Assembly: GCA_036172245.1 (NCBI GenBank)
Contig: JAYWIR010000030.1
Coordinates: 1,674,001 to 1,738,000, forward strand
Source: Raillietiella orientalis
Taxonomy: Eukaryota
Length of the DNA: 64,000 bases
Direction: 5' to 3'
Positions within the stretch are counted from its first letter, which is position 1; each line of letters begins with the position of its first letter. The position numbers and the translations under genes are program-made. Under the pieces are notes generated by a model. That model was not told the origin of the DNA. It saw nothing but the letters and a program-made list of their open reading frames with translations, and did not search any database. This document shows positions 14,543 through 27,369 of the stretch, in pieces.

Positions 14543-15085
14543 GGGGGCTCACGAAGCTCTCCGACGCCGTCCACGCCACCTGAGGGTACGGGTCCCTCGT
14601 CAAGTTATAAGGGGTGCCCCGGGAGGGGATCTCTCCTGGAATTTCTTCTCCGAAGGTAACCTGCAAGGGAGCCACTCGGTGTTTGCTCCTCTGAAGAGGG
14701 CCTCGAAGGGAGCAGCGCGTTTCCGACACTCGGGAGAGGCAATCCCCCGCGGGGAGTCTCAACCAGCTCCAAGGAACGCGATGGAGGGTCACCCCCAGAA
14801 GGGAGGGGGTCTCCGATTTCGCATCCGGAGGGAATGGCTCCCTGATTCCTGGAAGGCCCCCGGAGGGTCAACTTGCAGCCAGAGTCTGTCAACGGGGGCA
14901 ACCTGGGGTTTCCAGCTTCCAGCAGCACCGTACCCGAATAGGCCAACCAGCGTAATGCTGACGGATGTGCCGCACCCATTTCTCGGCGTGGATCCTCCAC
15001 TTGGGGATTCGAACCCGCAACGCTCGTTGCCGCGCACGGAGACCGCAGCCACGCGTCCGCCGACTCGGGCGTGCAAACGCCGGGG
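14543..15085 (-). mobile_element. tRNA-headed SINE-like element, copy A
   Basis: B-box GGGTTCGAATCCCC on the minus strand near 15003-15016; aligns by eye with 17868-18600 and 28915-29672. Confidence 0.7.
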
Positions 15086-17867
15086 GTCCATTGTGGGAAG
15101 CTGCGTCTGTAGAGTGGCGCGCGAGCTACGAATCACCCATGAATGGTCCACTCGGGATTACTCAGGTGGTCTTCCTCTATTTGGGCCATGCCAGCCTCGA
15201 AGGACGTATTCCTGAATTTCGGGAGCATCGTGATTGTCCCCAAAGTGTCATCCTTGGAATCAGAGTTCCAGGTGTCGCACACAAAACACTACCCCCATAA
15301 CAGATCGGGGCTATACGATTGGCCGAAAGTTGATTTTTGCTGTATCGGGATCCAGCGGGACCGGGTTGACCATTCCTCCTCGCTGCATTTTATGCTTCTG
15401 AGTTTGTTGAAAGATGTTCTGAATGGCTACATCATTACTGATGACGGATATGTATATTAATAACCATAAGGAGATGCTCATATCAATATGTATATGAGAT
15501 TCTCAATGTACATATATGATCGGGCTGGAGCCACGATCACGAGAAATAAGGGGGAAACCATTCGTGGTCGTTTGAGCAAAACGATGGCTTCCAGCCGATT
15601 ATTGTACCTGTACAGTGAAAGAGGTGATCACCTCCCTCTGAAGATTGGATAACAAACGAGAGGATCCATGTTCCTGACGATTGATGAATGGAGCTAATTG
15701 CAAACTATCTAGTCACTGCTGAAATTCAATTACCTTAGCAAATCGTTGTGATCCTCCATTCGACAATCGCATTACACGGCCTTAACGACGAGGGGGGAGG
15801 AAAAGGGAAATTAGTGTTGAAACACGGTTCCAAACATTACGAGCCAATATACAGGAGTGACTGGAATAACACCATAAAACGGGAACTCGTGATGTGAACG
15901 AGCTCAAAAACGGTGCTCTATGCCCCTGGATGTGACCTGCGACTGTGGTTAAGCCACGTGGCTGATAAACTAGCGCTTTTTTCCGGGGTGTTCACGGGAG
16001 AATGCGCTTCGTAAATGGGGAGAGTTTTCGCTGTTAAGAACCGCCTCTGCTCGAAATTCAAGGTCGGGATGTCAGCTGGAGCACGAGGGGCAAAGATCTC
16101 TCCGAAGAATCTCTCGTCTGCACTGCAAGGTTCTACCTTGAAGAGAGAGATTTTTTTTTTTTTTTTGCATTTTTCACCCTTCTGCTCGTGCATGCTCGGT
16201 AACGTAACCACAGTATCTTTATCGCCATTTTCCTTGAGCATTCCCCGATAATCTATAATTATTCCTTGCAGTTTTTGCTGCATGCTGTTACTGCATGGGC
16301 ATCTTCCGAGCTTCCCGCACGGACTGCCGCGTCCCTTGAAAAGATACACTGAAATGAAAGGTTTGGACTCCTTGAACATGTGATCTTCGGCCCACAGCTG
16401 CTTGGGAAACTTCAATCCGCCTCTCAGAATCGACGCCAAAGTCCAAATTAGTAAACACTGGAAGCTACTAGGAAGAGAACACTGAAAAGTCGTGCACAAA
16501 CAGCTAGATTTTGACGTTTAAATCATCATTGCCTGGAACAGTTGGTCACACGGACTCCTCCTCTTCGGATGCTGGCTTCAGCTGTTGTCAGACGGGGTCC
16601 GGGTAAGAACCCTGAAAGAACATTCTGACACGTTTGCAAAGGAAAGTGATGAAATAAGGACAAACACAGTTGAGCTTTGGCTCGTTGCCTTATTACCATC
16701 CGAAGGCTCGTAGTGTAAGAACGACCCAAAGATGGATTCTAGATGTAAAGAAGGCGCAGATGTCATGGTGCTAAGGCAGTTTTCTGTAAGCGCACAGAGG
16801 TTACCTTAAGGAGGGGGAATCCGGGCTTTGAGCGCAGTCCTTTACATTTGCAATTTGTCACTTCGCGGGGCGACGGGATCCATGTGCAGCCCTTCTGAAG
16901 AGATTGCTGTCGAGGTAGCAAAGTGCGCGAGAGGCAAGAGTACAAAGGACTCCCCTTTTTACTGCTACTGCCTTCTTTTTCTATGAGGATGCCTGGCTTA
17001 CGCAAACGCATCTACCGATCTCTTCCTTTCCATGACTTCACTTCGTCAAAAAGGTTCACCTTCGACGAACTTCGTGACGGCTCTTCGTCTGGACAAGAAG
17101 AAGGGGAGATCCTGTAGACTATGCATCTCATTTCTTCGCGATGGCGAACAGTGGGCGTAAAGGCATGCAACCTTGGGGGGCAGTACTAGTTGGAAACCGC
17201 TGCCATCGAACCCGCGGGATAGCCTCTGAGGCATGAGCTTTGCTTGCTGCAACACGGTCACGTAACAAGCAGCTCTGTGTAAAATTCCGGCGAAGGCAGA
17301 AGGGAGTTCTCGAGTTCTGCATCTGGTGCTTTGGAAGAAGGTGCATGCTGATCCCGATGTCCGTGACCGGCTGATTGCTTCACACAGTTCCTGCTTTCCT
17401 GGAAAAAATATCCTGTGGTGAGGAAGTCCGTTCATGAGCGATCGCATCCGGATCTGTCTTTCCTCCCTTCCAGCCCCATCTGCACTCGTGAAAGACGGCC
17501 CTCAAAGACTGCAGGTTCACACAAAAGAGTCCGTTTAAGCGACAGTAAAGATGGGTACATGGAGGGAACTTTCCTAAGCTCTTCAGAAATTCAGCTCCCT
17601 CATAGTCCTATTTCAGTGGAGGATCTCGCAAAAAAAACATCATACTCCGTCCTCTGGCATCGTTTCTTCGCCTGCCCTTGCACGGTGATGGCCTTCAAAG
17701 CAGTCGGGCAGTCCTGCAGTCCAAGAACGCTCCTGAGGCACCTCTGACGCACCCAAGGCGAACTTCCGACTGTCTCAGCAGTCGCAGCAGTGCGCAGTGA
17801 CGTCACTGACGTATAGTGCCCAACGGCCCTGCGACCCCAAGGAAGGTTCAAATGGCTTCCTTGGGAC

Positions 17868-18600
17868 TTTGAGCCCTCATTGAAGGCCTTGTGGCTGCGG
17901 TCAAGCGTGGCACAAAGTGTTGGGGGTTCGAATCCCCACGTAGAAGATCGATGTTGAGAAATGGATGCGTCGTGGGTGTCGAGCCTCTCCAGCAGGATGA
18001 CGCGCTGGTTGTTTTACAGGCTTCGGGTGGAGCACCGGTGGGAACAGAGAACCGGATGCCCTGGACGAGTGGCCGGGATTGTAAGTTGAGTCCTTCCAGG
18101 AATCGAGGAGCCCTTCGGGGTTCCCTCCGGTTGTGAGAACGGATCCGTCCCTCCACGGATCCATCCCTCCACCTTGGGGATGACCCTTCATCGCGCTCTA
18201 TATATCTCTTCGGGGAGTTGCCTCTCCAGAGTGTTACAGCAGCTAAGTGCTCTTTTCGTGGTGCAGCATAGGTCAGTGCCCTCTTCGGAGTTCTCTTCAG
18301 AAGAGGAAACAGGAGCGGTTCCCTTAAGGGTTCCCTCCGGAGAAGAAACGAGGAGTGGTCTTTTCCGGAGGGACCCTCCGGGGAGAATAAGGAAGAGGTT
18401 TCCTCAGGAGTTTCTTTCGAAGGCAACCAGGGCAAGGGCTCATTTCTGGGTTCCCTTTCAAGCGTAAGGGGAACGGACTCCTCCCTCAGGAGCCTTCCTG
18501 GATTCAAAAGGGTGGTTCCCTCCCGGAGTACTCCCTATAACTTGAAGACTTACACGTACCCTCAGGTGACGTGGGCAGTGTCGAAAGAGCTTTGTTAGGA
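17868..18600 (+). mobile_element. tRNA-headed SINE-like element, copy B
   Basis: GTGGCTGCGGTC...GGGGTTCGAATCCCC head, internal degenerate repeats of about 36 bp, and the shared 3' block TACCCTCAGGTG.CGTGG. Confidence 0.7.
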
Positions 18601-18609
18601 GGCGGATGG

Positions 18610-21170
18610 TTCTTCAGCACCTCTTGAAGATCAAAGAAAAACAGCTGGAAGGAGAGCAGCGAAAGCAGAACCTAAAAGGATTTCCATGCACCTTCACTCT
18701 GGGAGGAGCAAGAGTAGCAGGATGAATGAGGACATATCCAGGATCTCCCATAACTATAGGGCACCTCCCGTTGCGTAGGGGAGGCCGTCGGAGGCGACAG
18801 TGCGAGGAGGAGGAAGTCAGGAGCAGCAGGCTGCTTACAGCATGCATTGACCATGGCACTGGACCTTGTCGCTCATCCCTGCCGACGTCGATCCTCTTCC
18901 GGATGGTGCCTCTTACTCCGGAATGTGCGCAGACCTAGGAGACAACTAGCGGCGGTGGTGACACCTCCCGATTGAAGATTCCCTAGCAGAAGCAGCGGTC
19001 ACTCTGGTCTTCCTCAAAACTGTTGCTGCGTAGGGCGTCTCTCTCCTTTGCCGCGACCACTTCTGAGTGAAGAGGCCGGATTAAAGTCCGCTTCAGTTTT
19101 TCAATTCCCGGTGGGGAGAAAAGCCATCTGTTGCTGCAAAGGAGTGACATGGCGTCAAAGGGATTCCCCCCTCACGTAAAAGGCTTCCCTCGGGATTTGG
19201 ACGACAGCTCACACAGACCTGAGGGCAGCATCGTAGGCGACGCGTGTAGGCGGACACGTTCCAGAAACTGCTAGCTGCCCCCCCTCTTCCCCGCACCTGC
19301 AGTAGGTTGAGGTAACGCGGTTCTCGCGATACGGAAACGAGAGGTCCGAGAAGGAGTGCACGAAGCCTCTTCCGACTCCCGACGCTTCTTTTTCTTTTTT
19401 GCAGCCATTGGCATCTCGCGGCGAAGACGAACCCCTTCTTTCGCAGAAGTGCCACATGTGGCAACGACAGAGCAAGCCGGCTTCCAGGAAGTTTCCGTGG
19501 TTCTTTTTCCTTTCCACGTTGATTCCATTTATAGAAAACCAACTATTTATTTTCATTTACGTTCCGTCCACCTTGCATCGTACTAGGGATAGCAGCCTTC
19601 CGTTTCCCTCGCTGGGTACAACCCACGGGACTCCTATGCTTTGAATGACGGAAGGGCTGAAGGTCTTTGTGGCTTGCTGGCGTCATCCTCTTTGAGAACG
19701 GCCCATAACTGCAGACCGGGAAACTATTAAAAAACGTTTGATGGGTTGGTGTGACCTAAACTCGTGTGGAGACCCCAGCATGGCACTCCTTCTCCCATGC
19801 TCTGGAAGAAGGGTGGCGGGGTGCAAATCGTTTGCGGAGGCGAAGCATGGACATTGAACTTGAAGCTCTCGAGAACTCACTGCCGTGAATCTCTTCGTAC
19901 GGGGACTCAGAAAGGCACTGCTCCCTCCGCTGCTCCGATCATAGCGTTTCCTGTCGAGAATCTGGGAGCGCGCTAGAATGAGTAGCAGAAAATTTGATTT
20001 GCAGCGCTTCATCTGCGAAGGAGCTGGTCCGGAGCACCTGCAAAGTTGGACCGGGTTTCCGCGCACGAGAATCACCAGGAGGTCAGCTCCGCTCGCTCCA
20101 TTGCGCTTCCGACGAACGCACTCGTGGAACAAACTGGTTGCAAGGCTATCGTCGCAGCCTCTCGGGTCTCTCCGGGATGCTCTAGAGCGACCCGCTTTCC
20201 GCATCTCCCTCCCTCTGGGCTGGTGGTGAACGGGGATGGACGGCGGTGGAGCTGATGGACACCGGCATTTCATATCGGAGGAAGAGACCACTTCGGTGGA
20301 TCGGACCTTTGAATGCGTCGTCCGAAGAAATCTCTGCCTCTCCTTCGTGCGTAAACACTTCCTTGTTTCCCCTGAAGGGGAAATGGGATGTCCTGCTCTT
20401 TCTGCACTGAGTTGTCCTGCGCAGCCAGAGCGGGAGCCTGGTTTCCAGCGAGTTGCATCCCCAAACTGCTCCAGGTGCGGGACGAATGAATCGTTCCTGC
20501 ACCTGCTACCCTCCATAAATTTTGGAGGAGGCTGGATTCAGCGCCCCTGCACCCTGAGGACACTGCTAAGGACTTGCTGCTGCGGCGAGTCTTCACGGAA
20601 GGTAGGCTGACAGCAAGCTCTGTGGTCGAGATGATATGCTGTGTCCGTTCCATCGCCACAGCCCGCCATTTGTTGGAGTTTTGGGTGCAGCGAAGGGAGA
20701 TCCACACGAAGACGGCTTCGAAGTGGTCTCACCTAGAAGAAGTCAAGATCTCTGGCATCCAGGGTTCGGCTTTAGAAGGAAGGAACGGCCATCACCAGTG
20801 TCCTTTATTCCCTCCCTCTCTTCATTGAGTCATTCTCTAATTTTCCCTCTCACACCCGCTCCGGACCCTTCCCGGTTTTGGAGGAAGGAACGAGACAAAT
20901 CAAAAACCCTTGTCCTTACTATCCACGTTTATTTATTTATTTCTTGTTCCTTTCCTCTCGTTCCGGACTTTCCGAAATCTCGACCTGCATATCGGTGGAC
21001 ACACCAGATGAACTTCTTTTTGTTCCTGTTTCGGGAACTGTCTTTTCCCCAACTTGTTATATATAATATATAATGTAACACATATAATATAACGTATATA
21101 TTATATATGAAAAGTTCGGGAAAAGGCATATTAAATAAAGTATAAATAAAGTATTAAATAAATATAACAA
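18610..21170 (+). mobile_element. Decayed L1/Tx1-like LINE (ORF1 and ORF2 C-terminal remnants, 3' tail)
   Basis: ORF1-like FPCTFTLGGAR..TYPGSP, then KKGGGV, the zinc-binding SPNCSRCGTNESFLHLL at about 20460-20510, and an A-rich tail at 21060-21170. Confidence 0.55.
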
Positions 21171-23849
21171 CTCCATTCTATATTAAACGAACGCCCCGGC
21201 GTCACCAGGCGAAAATTTCTCTGGTTCGTCCGCTGCAGACCTTGGATACGCTAGGAGATTCGGAGAAAATCTTTCCCCACTTTTTCATAGTATTAATTAG
21301 TGTGCATAAACAAAACAAATGCTCGATTTGATTCCATAAAAGAAGTCATTCATATGCAATATGCATGATTACTCGAGCGTCATTCGCTTGAACACGGGAG
21401 CAAGCTGTGGTCAGCGCGATGACTTCGTTCGATGAAGTGGTGGCATTATCCGAAATTCGAACATTGATATAACATATGTAAGACATGCTATTGGTTCCGG
21501 CTTGATAAAAATAGGTGATGAAAGATTTTGAAGATAAGTTTTGCATGCTTTCTGAACAAAGGAGAAAAATGGAAAAAAAAGAAAAATCTACTTCAAGCCT
21601 AAATTCATCAACCAAGCTGGAGAGTACTTATAGAAAGCCCCCAAAAAATTCCAAGCACGGTTCTACATTCCAAATACCATGAAAAGCAGCCTTGCGCCGA
21701 TACGAAAGTATATTTGATTGCTTTCCGAAATGCTTTTAGCAGCACATGCTGGACTCTCTTCTGAAGCCCTCTCAAGGAGCTGCTCGCAAGGCGCGGAACG
21801 CCTGTTCGACCGATGTCCCGGCGAATTTGCATGCTTCGATCGGGATCCGCACGCTAGTTCCTTGCTTCGCAACTCGTACATCCCGAAAGACATCTCGGGG
21901 GTGGACTCCTCCGCTTGCATGTGATCATGCTCCTCGAGGTTCACCTCGGCTCCTCCAAACGCTCATTGTAGATCCCAAGCGAAAGATCGCGATCGGTCAG
22001 CTCCCCCGAATGTGAATTGAACAGTTTCCGAGCATGTCCACTTTATGATTCATCCAGATCTTAAATCTGCGAACTCCCAAGTGCTCCTCCAATAGATGCA
22101 ATTCCTTCTTTGGCAGTTTTTTCTTCTCAGTGAAATTTTTGCTTTGATGTAATAACCTGCCTCCTTGTTGCAATCTCACTGTCTTCATCTGACGAGACAA
22201 TCCTCTTGTATCTTTTCTTGGGGAGCCTTTCAGAACAAATTGTGAACAGCAATGAGCATTAGCAGCACCAGTAGCACCAGCACACGCACATGCCAAGACG
22301 AGCAAGCTCGGATAGAAGCGGCAACGTCTAAAACTCCAGCGGGAACCTGGCAACCGTGACTACGCGTGCGCTAGCATACATTAACTGAATTCTGGTTCGC
22401 ATTAAACACGATCAGGATTCTCGAAAAAATCTCGAGCTCCAGATCGAATTCTCAGTAATCACAGTCTACTCGTAATTTGTATCACACCCAGCATGGAATG
22501 CAGCTCTTGCAACTCCATCTTTGAAGGAGGATTTGAGATACTTTGCAACTCTCAGGAGTGCCATGAGTATTCAGAATTTGTTGATATAAATGATTATTAT
22601 TAAGTATGGAACATCTACTTAATGGCAACCATTTATATAACATGATACGCTGCTTTAAAATCGAATGCATACATCTGAATATTTTATGATATGATGTCCT
22701 ATTGACAAAATAGTAAATAATTGAGATGATGTGATTTGTAGCTTTTAACTGGATTCATTGTGCTGCATCCTGAAGCCAGCCTGAACACCTGCTCTGCCTC
22801 GCAAGCAGCCCTCTCGAGATCGATTCGCGTACCTTTCTTTCTTTCTTTCTTTCTTTTTTTTCGAGTGTGAAGGGGTGGCGCATTTTTAGTTTGCGTTCCT
22901 CCCAGACTCAGAAACTCCCTTCTACCCCTTTTCCCCGATGTTCCCGCATTCTTTGTTCATGAGTCGCTCACCACGTGGAGGCCAGACCACGCGAGCAAGA
23001 CCTCTTCGCCGCTCCTCCTCCTTCAGGTAGCATCTGCATCCGGGACGCTCCTTGAAAGGCTCCCTCCCTTCCCCCTATAATTCGAGATTTTGCGCTCGGA
23101 GAAAGCGAGCCCCTGGCACGGACCCAGAGCTGCTCCCTCCTCTTCGCGATATCCGTGTTTACAGACGTTGAATGGAATGCCTCTCGTAGAAGATTCGAGG
23201 ATGCAGCTTAGTTTCCCTTGCCCTGCGTGAAGAATTCGGAGGACGACCCCGGTGACCACGACGACGACTGAAGACCACCACTTCGGTGGCCTTCCTCCTT
23301 GCTTGCAGACCCATGATGAGGACATCTCCATCTCCCTGGGTATCAGCCCGAGGCTTGGGATCTCTCGTGTTCCTCGATCCATCTTCACGGAAATGCTCCG
23401 CCTCCCGACTGCTCATTTGGGGGTTGGGTTAGGTTCGGCTAACTGCCTGTCCCCAACGGCCGCTTCGCAATCATCAGAGACTGCCTCCGCTCACCTCCCG
23501 CCCGCCTGAGTTCTTCCTTCTTGCTATGCCCTCAAGGTTGGCTTGGAGGCGGCTGCAAGTGGGTGCAGCGGAGGACAGCTTAAGGAACATCCTCAAGACA
23601 TTGGAAAGGAGACACGGCGAAGTGGAGGGCAGGCTCACTACGTTGGAGAAGGGAGGAGGAAAAGATCCATTTCAGTTGCCCCGGAAACCACTTCCTGCTG
23701 CTCCTCAGAAGAAGATCGTAGGTTCGTGACTGCGCGAGAACCTTTCGAGGCTACCGTGCTCTTCCCTTCTCCTCGCCACCTTCGACGGGATTTCCGGGCA
23801 TGCACCGCCCCTGGGGCATCTAGCTCTCATCCAAAGATCACCTTTTCGA

Positions 23850-24300
23850 GTATCAATTTTCCAGAACGAAGGGGTCCGTCCCCTACGTTAATGGCCCGAA
23901 GAGCTCCACTCAGTAGGAAGGTCTGATCCCTGCGGAAGCAGCAGGAACGGAAGCTGGAGGGACACATCCAGGATAGATGGCATGCTCGCCGTCTACTGCC
24001 TCTCTGCTAATGGACCCAGTGATGAATTCGCTGCCACCTGCCTTTTCTCATGAAAGTCTCGAGACACATCCTCGGAATCGATTCTCGGTCACCGAAACGG
24101 CTCTTCTTAACAGCTTCCTCGTTGACCAGGGAGCCGACGAGCGTCCCGTCGTCGCTCGATTGCTGGGAAAATCGAGGAGCGAAAGAAGCTGTCCAGAGTC
24201 TCATCTGTCGAAGAGATGAGACTCCAAACTTTGCTTCGCTTCCGCAGTCTCTCGGTCGCTCGGCTCCGAGGGCTTGGAGGGGAGTAGAATAGAAGCGGTG
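23850..24300 (+). mobile_element. Decayed gypsy-type gag fragment
   Basis: SPSTASLLMDPVMNSLPP...NRFSVTETALLNSFLVDQGADERP resembles the gypsy gag PP..Y..LK...RFS.SE..RL..LL....LGDR.P pattern. Confidence 0.35.
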
Positions 24301-27300
24301 GTCGCGATGCGTCATTTCGGGTTATGGAGTTGACGAGTTGCGTGGTCACCTGACGCGACGGATTCTCGGGCTGGGCTGTGCAACACTCACCAACTCAGTT
24401 ACAGAGTGCCCCTGGTTTAGTCAGTCACCCTTCTTCCGAGGGCAACGTGCCCTCCAGAAGTCTCCGAAGGACGCGAGGGGCCCAACAAAGGCACGCTCTA
24501 CCTCCGGCAGAGGCCGTTTTTCGGAGGACGGGAGCGCGTTTCTGCAAGGGAGCGGGTCTTTCCATACACTCTCTGGATGCAGAATATCCAAGCTGCACGA
24601 GAGGCCAGCCCTGAAGCACTGTCAAGACCGCTTCGTGAGCGAAAATCCCTCAAAAGGGGCGAGTTTTGGTGCCCTCGTGCGACGGCTGCACGCAAGTTCC
24701 CCAAGCACAGAGACCTCACGGGAACAAGGAATCCTCCCAATGATGTACAATTATTCTCTTGACAATTGGAGTAATCACGCCGGCTACCTCCCAGGTAGGC
24801 GAGGGAGCTTCCTCGAATCTCTTAAAGACTTACCAGTGGCAGAGCATTGATCGACAAGGAAACAATCGATCAAGAACCGAGAACCAGTGTGGAACAAAAG
24901 AAACATTTTCTAGTGCGGAAGATCATTACATCCTTTATATTACAGCTGAGGACGTTTCGGTGAAGCGCCGAATCCGGTAATGCGGAGCGAGGCTGGAATG
25001 GTAAACTGTGTGCATCTCCGCATCTCCGTATGGCACACAAGGGGATTAAAAGGGCTCATCAGCATTGGGTTCGTCTCCTCCGATTGTCTTGCATGGCATT
25101 TTCGCAGGTTTGTTAATTCAGTTAATTCTGTCGCTGCTGGTGAATCGACAGAAAAGTTCCTTTTCGGTCTGCTTAGAGAGAGGACGACAGAACTCGTGTT
25201 GGGATGTGCTGGAAAGGGGAGCCGCTCCGGAGGCATGCGTGTGTAGACTTTGCATCCAAAAGGCAATGACGGTGCAGTTTCGCTGCAACGTCAAGTAGTC
25301 GATCGAAAGTTCTCTGAGAGCTCTTCTGGTAGCAACAAGTAATCAGCATGCCTGGATCAGACCGTCGATCCCGGAATTCCTTTCAGAACAGATCCTATTA
25401 GCACATGACTGACATTCACACAATTGTAGAGTTCCAGCTGAAGACTGGACCCTGGTTGTTGCCGAAATACAATCTACAGCAGCCGCTGACCTGAGGGTTT
25501 CTGCTATTCAAGAGTGAAATGATTTTCATCAAAACCCGGTATTTGAAGGATGACACCTATGGAACCACGGATTTTCAAAAACAAAAAGCAATGCAACTTC
25601 ATCGGCAAATCAGAATTCCACATGGAAGAATGACAGTTTAACATCTAGGAGTGCATGATTTTTCGAGGAGCCGAGCTGTTTATCCGAGTTTGGAAGATCA
25701 GAACGAGCAACAGAGCACCATCATAGCACAAAGAACAAATGCCCTAATCAACCGAAACTAAAGTGCAATGTGGATCTCCTGCGAAAATTGGATCCCAAGA
25801 TATCGAACTCTGGATCATCATCTTTGTTTACTCAAGGGGTCCAGATGGGGAACAAGCCTTGTTTTCAATGCTCCCCATCCAACAGATGAGCTCACCGTTA
25901 AAATCATTGTGCTGAAATACTCCTCTTAACAGACTACCATACATCACACTCACCTTCACCCATAAACCTTCCAGAGAGAAATGTATAAACTCGAGAGGCA
26001 AATTTATTAGATCCCTCGGGCTCTTACGGGACATACCCGCCACGACCACAGGCAAAGAGGGCGTGACTGTTGGTGCGAGAATTCGCTCCGAATATACGTG
26101 TTGCCCTAAAGGAATGGCAGGGACTGGAAGCTGAATAGCACCAATCACAACGTTTTCGAGATTTATTCCAAAGTACATCCTATCTGGTATAAGTGCACCC
26201 TCTTTATGCACTCTCATCTTTGATTCCCAGCGTGAAGAGAGAAAGCTAAACTGGTGCGGCAGCGTCAGACATCGCCTTGTGAATCCGATGCTGCTGTGAC
26301 CTCTGCTCTCTTAAGATGTTTCAAACCAGAGACATCAAGTGTCCTTAGCAGTTCTGTTAGGGTTCTGCTTTCCTCGTTCGCTTTTAGCTCTAACTTAGAA
26401 AAGGGACGTTTCTGCTGCTCAAGGGAATGTTTTGTATGTTCCTTTACGATCCTGGATACGAGCAAGGGAATCATCGTTTGCTTGGACCCTGAAAATTTGT
26501 CATTCATGTTTGCAGCATAGTTCTGGATAGAGGTGAATATGAATTCCAACTTGGGATGCGCTTCCGAAGGCAGCATGCGTTTGCAGTCCTCCAGCACACG
26601 AAGGAACGAGTAGGTGTCCGAATTGGAGGCGGCTTGCAACGCTCTCGACAGGAGTCCATAGGAATTCGACACTGCAGCAAGGGCCTCTTGAACGTTTTGA
26701 ACACTCTTCTTGTATGCAACAGCACACGGGAGAACCAGCAGACACGAAAGAATGATTTTACATTGGGTGTGTCTGTAACACAAATTCAAGCACCGCATAA
26801 AAAAAGGAGGAAACGGTGCAGAGCAGAACAGAGTCCTGTATAGCTTGCATTGGCATTAGAAGACAAAACCGAGAATTTTTCTCACTTTGACATTTTTACC
26901 TCATCACGTAAGCTAGTGCCTTTCCACAATGCACACTGGACACTATGCAACAGCTGAAATAACTGCGGAGCACGCCGATCCGTGCTGGTTGATCTTACAG
27001 AAAGACAAGAGGGGCAGAATCGCAAACCAGCTGGTATGATCGGAAAGGCTTCGTCCCAACTTCGGAAAACAATAGATGCCATTATGTACCATTCGTGGTA
27101 GTTAATTCGTAGCACCCTAATTACTCCCGGATGAATTGTTACGGAATACTAACACAAATCACGGTTTCGCTATGTATCACATAAACTTCCGTATTCCTAT
27201 TCACGAATTTCAGGATACCCCTTCACAAAGAAAGGGGTAGTGGGAAGCTGTTAATGATCTCGAGACCGTTTTTTTTTTTTTTTTTTTCGAATAGTGCACT

Positions 27301-27369
27301 TACTTTTTAGATTTGCAATTTTCTCGCAAAGAACCCCCAAGCTGAAAGTCAAATATCGATATAACAAGT

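Larger units (their letters stand above)
1..26800 (-). pseudogene. Decayed RNF213 (mysterin)-like AAA+ ATPase/E3 ligase gene, interrupted by retroelements; continues past the left edge
   Basis: Collinear minus-strand peptides resemble recalled human RNF213 motifs: CBM20-like region 25830-26260; HMFKESKPF about 16370; GGRSSI about 13150; NLRDLQDR about 12590; PKLYSV about 2735; SRAGSGKPDYLR about 1730; ASVMNEQF about 1290; LSEDAEAMSQTG about 1025; NPSRTYWIHT about 890; LSACLRERR...SGRGLLF about 340; HLPLVLRTGKL about 200. Many stops and frameshifts. Confidence 0.7.

Noticed and set aside
13181..14792. Overlapping long ORFs on both strands (up to 318 aa)
   Set aside because: GC-rich, Arg/Pro/Ser-biased, no recognisable domain; the 13181-13500 part is antisense to RNF213-like sequence. 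A faint Myb/SANT-like KRRKMWREIS was too weak to call.
17805..17866. 14-bp palindrome containing TGACGTCA and an adjacent 10-bp hairpin
   Set aside because: Short, isolated, inside transposon debris, with no linked gene.
17868..17945. Functional tRNA gene
   Set aside because: A B-box is present but I could not build a convincing cloverleaf, and it is part of a longer repeated element.
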